From an uncultured virus (IMG/VR IMGVR_UViG_3300028048_000084) (Duplodnaviria; Heunggongvirae; Uroviricota; Caudoviricetes), in IMG/VR virus record IMGVR_UViG_3300028048_000084: a DNA stretch of 59,142 bases, one strand, 5' to 3'. Of the stretch, positions 52,906-59,142 are shown in pieces. The translations under genes and the position numbers were made by a program. Numbering within the stretch: position 1 is the stretch's first letter; each line of letters opens with the position of its first letter. Under the pieces are notes generated by a model. That model was not told the origin of the DNA, did no database searches, and worked only from the letters and a program-made list of their open reading frames with translations.

Positions 52906-53165
52906 TCCTTTTGATTTGATAGAAATATTATATCATTACCACATAATTTATTGTAGTAAATTTACATTAAAAATTCAACTTTATTTTGTGAAATGTTTTA
53001 TTTCCAATAAAAAAATAGGATAAAATTTCATAAAAATTTCAATATTTATTTTCTTAGAAACATATAGACTAATTAATATACTACAATTAATACTATAAAA
53101 ATTTTTATATAATTTGTTTAATATAATTTATTTATATAATAGATAATATAGGGGGTAGCTAGATA

Positions 53166-54062
53166 ATGAAAAGACTAATCGCAACATCGGAACATTGGGA
53201 AAATGTAAAAGATTGCATTCACCAAATGGCACAATCAGACTTAGGACAAAAAGTATTATTATCATATTTATATGCTATGATAAAAGTAAATTATACTAAT
53301 TTGTATGAAAAAAAAGAAGATACATATAATAGTATAACAAAAAGCAAAACCGTAAATCTTTTGGATATTTTACCAAATGACCCAACTTTCCAAGAGTTTA
53401 TTAATAAAATAAAACAAGGATTAAAACAAAATGGATTAGACAAAACATATGATGATGTAGACATAGCATTAATGTGTGAACATTATGCGTTTAAAAATTA
53501 TCCTAAAGATATATTTGATAAAGTTTATGATGAATTTGTACCTATTAAAGAAAAATATTTAAAAGAATATGAAAAACAACAAGAAAAAAGTTTAAAAAAA
53601 ACAAGACAAGAAGAAGATAAAAAAAATGAAATAATTCAAAAATATAAAAATGCATATAATGAATTATTAAACAAAGATGATAATATAGGCGACAATGTAA
53701 AAACCATACTAAATTATGATTCTTATGATAGTAGATTTGTATATTTAGATGGTAATGTATTAGTAGAAAATAAACCTGACCATATAGAAGTTCTCAATGA
53801 TTTATATAAACAATTGGGATATAATTCTGCTATGGATTACATAGATGATGGTCATCCAAATCCAAAATTTTATGCAGGTAAAATGCAAAACAATATAGCT
53901 ATTTTAGAAACAGACAATTGGAAAGTAAGAAGTAATGCAGAGATTGCAGATGTTATTAATGCTTTAAAAAAACAAGGCGCACAAAAAGTATATGTATGTG
54001 AAAATTCATTTGAACAAACAGATTTACTTCGAGTAGCTAAAAAACGTTTAATAAAACGTTAA
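53166..54062 (+). CDS. hypothetical protein with KRLI tags at both termini; paralog of 54710
   Basis: MKRLIA ... RVAKKRLIKR*; shared C-terminal domain. Confidence 0.8.
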   Translation: MKRLIATSEHWENVKDCIHQMAQSDLGQKVLLSYLYAMIKVNYTNLYEKKEDTYNSITKSKTVNLLDILPNDPTFQEFINKIKQGLKQNGLDKTYDDVDIALMCEHYAFKNYPKDIFDKVYDEFVPIKEKYLKEYEKQQEKSLKKTRQEEDKKNEIIQKYKNAYNELLNKDDNIGDNVKTILNYDSYDSRFVYLDGNVLVENKPDHIEVLNDLYKQLGYNSAMDYIDDGHPNPKFYAGKMQNNIAILETDNWKVRSNAEIADVINALKKQGAQKVYVCENSFEQTDLLRVAKKRLIKR

Positions 54063-54090
54063 AAGAGCAGGTTCTAATACCTGCTCTTTT

Positions 54091-54606
54091 TTATTGAATT
54101 ATATCTAATTGAATTTGTTTATGTGAATGAATATACTTAATTGTTTTATTCAACGCTTCAATTCGATTATTAAACTTTTCGTCATATAAGTCAAGCTCTT
54201 TTTTAATTTTTGATTTCTGTTCTTCTGTCATATCATCTGTATAAACATCTTTACTTTTTTCAGTAAATTCATTATACTTACCTTTTGTAACTAAAGCTAA
54301 ATCAGACAATTCCTTTTCTGCTTCCTGCGAATCAATATTTCCATCATTTAAATTAGAAATCGTATAATTGTACATATCTTTATATACTTTATTCATAAAA
54401 TCGTCACAATCCTTAATAAGAATATGGGCTTTATCCAAAGATTGTGTATCTTTATCTAATTGTTTCTTTTGTTCTTGTAATTCTTGTTTTGTTTGAATAA
54501 TTTCTTCCTGTTGCTGATTTACTTGATGGTTAATTCCAAAAAATACAATACATAAAATTACGAATACACAGACTGCAATAAAATCAATAAGTTTTTTCTT
54601 TTTCAT
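54091..54606 (-). CDS. membrane-anchored coiled-coil protein
   Basis: N-terminal transmembrane segment then heptads. Confidence 0.7.
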   Translation of the reverse strand: MKKKKLIDFIAVCVFVILCIVFFGINHQVNQQQEEIIQTKQELQEQKKQLDKDTQSLDKAHILIKDCDDFMNKVYKDMYNYTISNLNDGNIDSQEAEKELSDLALVTKGKYNEFTEKSKDVYTDDMTEEQKSKIKKELDLYDEKFNNRIEALNKTIKYIHSHKQIQLDIIQ

Positions 54607-54709
54607 ATAAGTTCCCTCATTTCTTTAATTACATTATACCACATTTTACATTCTAAATCAACCACAATCATTTATTATATTAATAGATACAAAAAAGGAG
54701 TAGATATAA

Positions 54710-56365
54710 TTGAAACGATTAATTGCAAGTAATGACTTAATTATTAATATCATAAAAAAATATTTTCCTGATTTTATCGAAGATAATTATTCTAATAGCG
54801 ATATGTATAAAAACATTAATAAATTTATATCAGATAATCATATAGAAAGCATTTCATCATTTATAAATACAATGAAAAATTATTTTGAACAATGTCTACA
54901 AAATGGATATTGTGATAGGGATATATATAATTTTATAAATGAATTAGGAAAAGATAATGATATAAATTATAATTCATTTATAAAAAAAGTAAAAGAATGT
55001 GGTAATGATTACTCCACATTTACAGAAGATTGTTGCTTTAATTTTATAAATTATTTAATTGATAACAATATACTAAATGAAGATATTGGAGAAAGCGAAT
55101 CGTATGATATAGCTTATTGTATTGTATCTGAATTTTTTAAAAATCCATCCGAATATAATTCTATATTTAAAACAATATTTAACGAGTGTCAAAATCGTAT
55201 TCAACATAAAGATAACTTTTCTAATGCCTATGAAGAATTATCACAAACAAAAGATAATATTGGTGACACTATAAAAACAATACAAACATATGACAATTCA
55301 TCTTCAAGATTTGTTATTCTAAATAATAAATATTTACAAGATAATTGTGATGACCATATAGAATTATTTGAAAAATTATCAAACAAACTAGGATATGACA
55401 ATTTCCAACAATTTTGTGAACAAAATCCAAACGCACAATTTATGACAGGCAAAATAGAAAATGGGATTGCTATTATTGAAACATCTAGTGGAAAAGTTAA
55501 TGCTAATGCAAATATAAATAATGTCATAAATATATTAAAGAAAAATGGAGCAAAAAAAATATATACAAACACAAATAAAGGTAGAGATAACGAATTTATG
55601 CGCGTTGCAAAGAGATTAATTAAATTTGCTAATGAAGATGACTTATATTTAAAAATGAAAGATTTTATTGACACAACAATGAAATCAAACAAAAGAAAAG
55701 AATTTTTAACTGAATTAGTTAAACAAATGTATCATTCAAATGAAGAAATGACTTTATCTAATGCAAAGCAATATATGATAGATGCAGAACCATATATTGC
55801 AGAAGATATATGCGAAAATGAAATATCACAATATATAGAAAAAAATAATTTACAGGATGTAGAAGATGATGTATACAACACATTCAATACTCATGCTTTA
55901 GATAATATTAGCAAACAAGAATTTAAACAAGCATTTGATAATTTAAAATCTGTTGGGCAAGAGTGTTATAAAGAATTATTAAATAAAAAAGATAAAGTAG
56001 GGGACACAGTAAATACATCCAGCAGTTATGATAATGCTTTAACCAGATTTGTTTATCTAAATGGTCATTTAAAAATTAAACAAAGTAGTGGCCACAATGA
56101 ATTATTTGATGATGTAGCAAAAGAATGTGGGTATCAAAGTTCATGGGAATATTCACAAGACCCTAAAAATAAAAACGCCAACTTTTGTTCAGGAAAAATA
56201 GAAGATGATGTAGCAATTATAGAAACCGGAAATGAAATTAAAAATATTAATGAAATTATATCTGCATTAAAGAAAAACGGAGTAAAAAAAGTATACACTA
56301 ATACAAATAAAATTGGTAGTGATACTGAATTTAAAAGAATTGCTAAAAGATTGATTAAACAATAA
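54710..56365 (+). CDS. tandem two-module protein with three KRLI tags
   Basis: MKRLIA ... RVAKRLIKFA ... RIAKRLIKQ*; two copies of the RFV.L...H..L...GKIE..AIIET..LKKNG.KK.YTN domain. Confidence 0.8.
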   Translation: MKRLIASNDLIINIIKKYFPDFIEDNYSNSDMYKNINKFISDNHIESISSFINTMKNYFEQCLQNGYCDRDIYNFINELGKDNDINYNSFIKKVKECGNDYSTFTEDCCFNFINYLIDNNILNEDIGESESYDIAYCIVSEFFKNPSEYNSIFKTIFNECQNRIQHKDNFSNAYEELSQTKDNIGDTIKTIQTYDNSSSRFVILNNKYLQDNCDDHIELFEKLSNKLGYDNFQQFCEQNPNAQFMTGKIENGIAIIETSSGKVNANANINNVINILKKNGAKKIYTNTNKGRDNEFMRVAKRLIKFANEDDLYLKMKDFIDTTMKSNKRKEFLTELVKQMYHSNEEMTLSNAKQYMIDAEPYIAEDICENEISQYIEKNNLQDVEDDVYNTFNTHALDNISKQEFKQAFDNLKSVGQECYKELLNKKDKVGDTVNTSSSYDNALTRFVYLNGHLKIKQSSGHNELFDDVAKECGYQSSWEYSQDPKNKNANFCSGKIEDDVAIIETGNEIKNINEIISALKKNGVKKVYTNTNKIGSDTEFKRIAKRLIKQ

Positions 56366-56391
56366 AAAAGAGTGGATATATGTCCACTCTT

Positions 56392-56598
56392 TTATTTGTA
56401 AGAATATAATGATTTTTGCTCTCTACCAATTAATAAAATTCCTTTATCAAATGGTACTAATTCTACGTCCAAATTTCTTCCTTGCATAAATTTAATTGTT
56501 TCTCTCATTTTATCTAAATCATCTTCTGATTTAAAATATTCTATTTGCCAAATTTTCTGCATTATTTTACACCTCGAATACTTTTTATAATATAGCAA
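56392..56598 (-). CDS. small hypothetical protein
   Basis: GAGGTG RBS before MQKIW. Confidence 0.55.
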   Translation of the reverse strand: MLYYKKYSRCKIMQKIWQIEYFKSEDDLDKMRETIKFMQGRNLDVELVPFDKGILLIGREQKSLYSYK

Positions 56599-56644
56599 TA
56601 ATTATGTTATCTGTTTTTATTTTCCTCTTTTAGATGTCAACTAC

Positions 56645-56769
56645 CTTTGATTTAATTGTATCACTATTTGTGAAAATAGTCAAGAGTTAATATTGGTCAT
56701 CCCCCACTTTCGTTACTCGGTAGCCTAACGGCTACCTCGTAGCTTAGAAGTGGGGGGTATTCTCTTGCG
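56645..56769 (-). mobile_element. left-end-plus-promoter remnant of the IS605-type element
   Basis: matches the left-end and promoter part of 18710/41142 after TTTAT; no right end. Confidence 0.7.
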
Positions 56770-56888
56770 ATAAAACTCCCCCTTTCATATACTTAGTTTT
56801 ATCATATTTTGAAATTTATGTCAATAAAAACAGTAAAGATTTAATCTCTTTACTGTTCATTTTTATCTATATTTAATTATGCATTTAA

Positions 56889-57272
56889 TTATGCATTTGG
56901 CTTTGTTTCAGTTGTACCTGCATCTGATTTTGGTGTTTCTGTAGAAGATTTATCAGACTTTGGTGTTTCTATTTTGCTTTCTTCTTTAGCAAAACCAAGA
57001 ACCTTCTTTACAACTGTCTTAAAATCATCCATAGCCTTATCTACGTCTGTTTCTGCCACTTCCTTTGACTTATCAAAGCAAACATCCATAAGAGCACGAT
57101 AAGCCTTGTAAATTTCAACATTATCAACATTTTTCTTTTCTACATAATTTTGTTGTTCATAAATACGAACAGGTGCAACTGTTCCTGCGTTTGGATATTC
57201 ATACTTACCAAATGCAAAAACAGGAGTTGTTGTATTAACATAAGTATACTTCTTTGCTTCTGTATCTGCCAT
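56889..57272 (-). CDS. hypothetical protein with ETPKSD repeats
   Basis: GAGGT RBS; low-complexity tail. Confidence 0.7.
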   Translation of the reverse strand: MADTEAKKYTYVNTTTPVFAFGKYEYPNAGTVAPVRIYEQQNYVEKKNVDNVEIYKAYRALMDVCFDKSKEVAETDVDKAMDDFKTVVKKVLGFAKEESKIETPKSDKSSTETPKSDAGTTETKPNA

Positions 57273-57330
57273 AACTATCTACCTCATTTTTAATATAATA
57301 TTTATAGAAAAATTAAAAAGGTGAATAAAA

Positions 57331-57834
57331 ATGAAGAACTACCAATTTTATAAAATTGTTGATTTAAACACGAATAAACCAATTTATATCGGTTGTACCT
57401 CACAATTATTAAATAGGAGATTTTGGCAACATAATCACGATGTTAAATCAGCAGTATATAATGAATACGTTTTAAAAGAGGAGAAAAATTTATCCATTTT
57501 TCCAATTTCTTTACAGATTAACAAAAAATATAATTATTCCATTTGTTTAAAATATGAAGAAGAACTAACCTATATCTATGGCTATTCATACAAACTATGT
57601 AATCATAATGCAGGAAATTTATTTTATCAAAATTTGGATGATATTGTATTAGTTCAAAAAGTACATGATTTTCTTTTTCATTTAATAGAACAAGAAATTA
57701 GTATTATAAATAAAAATGATTATAATGAAATTGTTTCTTGCATACAAAAAATCTGTTCCACGAATGAAACAGATTTAAATCAATTAGATGATATAATTTG
57801 TGAGCGTATTTGTGAATTGGAAGATGGCTTTTAA
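57331..57834 (+). CDS. GIY-YIG-like endonuclease
   Basis: FYKI...IYIGCT...RRFWQH ... E. Confidence 0.7.
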   Translation: MKNYQFYKIVDLNTNKPIYIGCTSQLLNRRFWQHNHDVKSAVYNEYVLKEEKNLSIFPISLQINKKYNYSICLKYEEELTYIYGYSYKLCNHNAGNLFYQNLDDIVLVQKVHDFLFHLIEQEISIINKNDYNEIVSCIQKICSTNETDLNQLDDIICERICELEDGF

Positions 57835-58307
57835 TTCATGTACGCATCATCTTTTAGCCAATCTTCTGTATTAATAACACGATATTTATCTTCTGTATCA
57901 CGAACAAATACACGCTTTATTCCTGCATTTAATACCATTCGCTTACACAATGTACAACAATTAGCATCTTTTACATATTCTTGTGTATCGTATTCAATAC
58001 CACAAAGATATAAATCTGCACCAATCATTTCTTTTCTGCTTGCAGAAATAATAGCGTTAGACTCTGCGTGCGATGATTTACAACGCTCATACATAGCACC
58101 ATGCGGGATATTATTCTCTTTTCGATAACACTTACCTGTATCAATACAATTTTCTGCCCCTCTAGGTGCTCCATTATAGCCTGTAGAAACTACTTCATCA
58201 TTCTTTACAATAACTGCACCGTACTGTCTACGCAAGCATGTACTGCGTTCTGCGGTCGTTTCTGCAATATCCAAATAATAATTAACTTTATCTCTACGCT
58301 TCGACAT
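57831..58307 (-). CDS. dCMP deaminase
   Basis: RSTCLRRQYGAVIV, TGYNG, HAESNAI, CCTLCKRM. Confidence 0.9.
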   Translation of the reverse strand: MSKRRDKVNYYLDIAETTAERSTCLRRQYGAVIVKNDEVVSTGYNGAPRGAENCIDTGKCYRKENNIPHGAMYERCKSSHAESNAIISASRKEMIGADLYLCGIEYDTQEYVKDANCCTLCKRMVLNAGIKRVFVRDTEDKYRVINTEDWLKDDAYMN

Positions 58308-58491
58308 AAAAAATATCCTTTCTTAAATTATTGTCCAAATAATAAAAGATATAAATAAAGTGTATATATACCACCAAATACTCATTTATTTATCCTACGA
58401 AAAAAGCCTTTCCTCTGATTATCGCCAACCAAAAAATAAGCAAATAACGACATCCAAATTGAACCAACTAAAAATTCGCAAACAAACATAA

Positions 58492-58752
58492 TCATAATGT
58501 ATCTCCATTCAATCGTTTATATAAATGCATTATATCTACTGACAATGTATTTTTATCTGATTCTAGTTGTTGAATTTTATTTTCCAATTTAATAATATGA
58601 AGTTGTTGTTTTGAAATTAAATCTTTCATATCCATAAGTATTTTTCTTAACGCTTTTTTATTTTCCACATTAAAAGATTGATAATCTTCTATATCTTTCA
58701 AATAAGAGAATTTATCTTCCATTGTTTTCCTCTCCAATTTTTTACCTATCAA
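58492..58752 (-). CDS. coiled-coil hypothetical protein, paralog of 6111..6341
   Basis: shared KQQL.I.KLE segment. Confidence 0.65.
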   Translation of the reverse strand: MIGKKLERKTMEDKFSYLKDIEDYQSFNVENKKALRKILMDMKDLISKQQLHIIKLENKIQQLESDKNTLSVDIMHLYKRLNGDTL

Positions 58753-58823
58753 TTTTCTCTTATATTATATAGAAAAAAGCTAGACATAGATAATATGTCT
58801 AGCTTTTATTTTTTGGTTAAAAA

Positions 58824-59142
58824 TTAAATAATATTACCGTCTGCATCAAATTTATAATCTGACACTTCATTTTCTGCCTGTTCGCGACCTTCCATATCCA
58901 TATCCATCAAATCTTGGTCTGAACTTTCAACATAGTGAAGAACAATTTCATCCAATACACTAGCTAATCCTTCAGAAAGTTGTTCAACAAGTTCTCTTAG
59001 ATTAAATGTATGTATTTTTTTCATCTTGATATTCTGTAACATCAGATACTTTAATATTGGTTTTATAGTCTTGTACTAATCCACTAATCTTAAATTTAAC
59101 TCCATCTTTTTCAAAACAATCTAATGCATTACTTTCATCTAA
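58824..59142 (-). pseudogene. 3' part of a paralog of 6369..6980, apparently frameshifted
   Basis: ends YKFDADGNII like YDFDENGNIV; the upstream protein-like frame changes near the T-run at ~59015-59021. Confidence 0.5.

Noticed and set aside
1..59142. tRNA, rRNA, integrase, reverse transcriptase or capsid genes
   Set aside because: No recognisable signatures seen by eye; tRNAscan-SE and HMM searches were not run

Overview
This AT-rich 59-kb window looks like part of a large tailed phage of a Firmicutes host. A Negativicutes host is plausible from the amidase type, but that is inference. The window has two halves. (1) 1-~34.2 kb is an early/accessory region of dozens of small, mostly single-gene units, each with a near-consensus sigma70 promoter, RBS, ORF and intrinsic terminator. 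Units run on + until ~4.9 kb and mostly on - after that. About 50 exact copies of a 15-bp motif (TGTAAAATGTTTTAT), often as inverted pairs ~21 bp apart, punctuate this region. It also holds a 12-bp motif family, six ~95-bp arm-core-arm palindromic sites, three promoter-driven non-coding/minigene loci and several tnpB-less IS200/IS605 miniature elements. The 15-bp motif stops abruptly at a G-run cluster at ~34.3 kb. (2) 34.4-59.1 kb holds an amidase, coiled-coil proteins, two CMP/dCMP-type deaminases, GIY-YIG and HNH endonucleases, and acidic proteins sharing a KRL(I/V)(A/K) tag. It also holds an anaerobic ribonucleotide reductase gene (nrdD) that I reconstruct as 7 exons split by six group I introns plus a LAGLIDADG intein, with the glycyl-radical domain in a separate ORF. 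I found no tRNA, rRNA or CRISPR array. All counts and alignments were done by eye.
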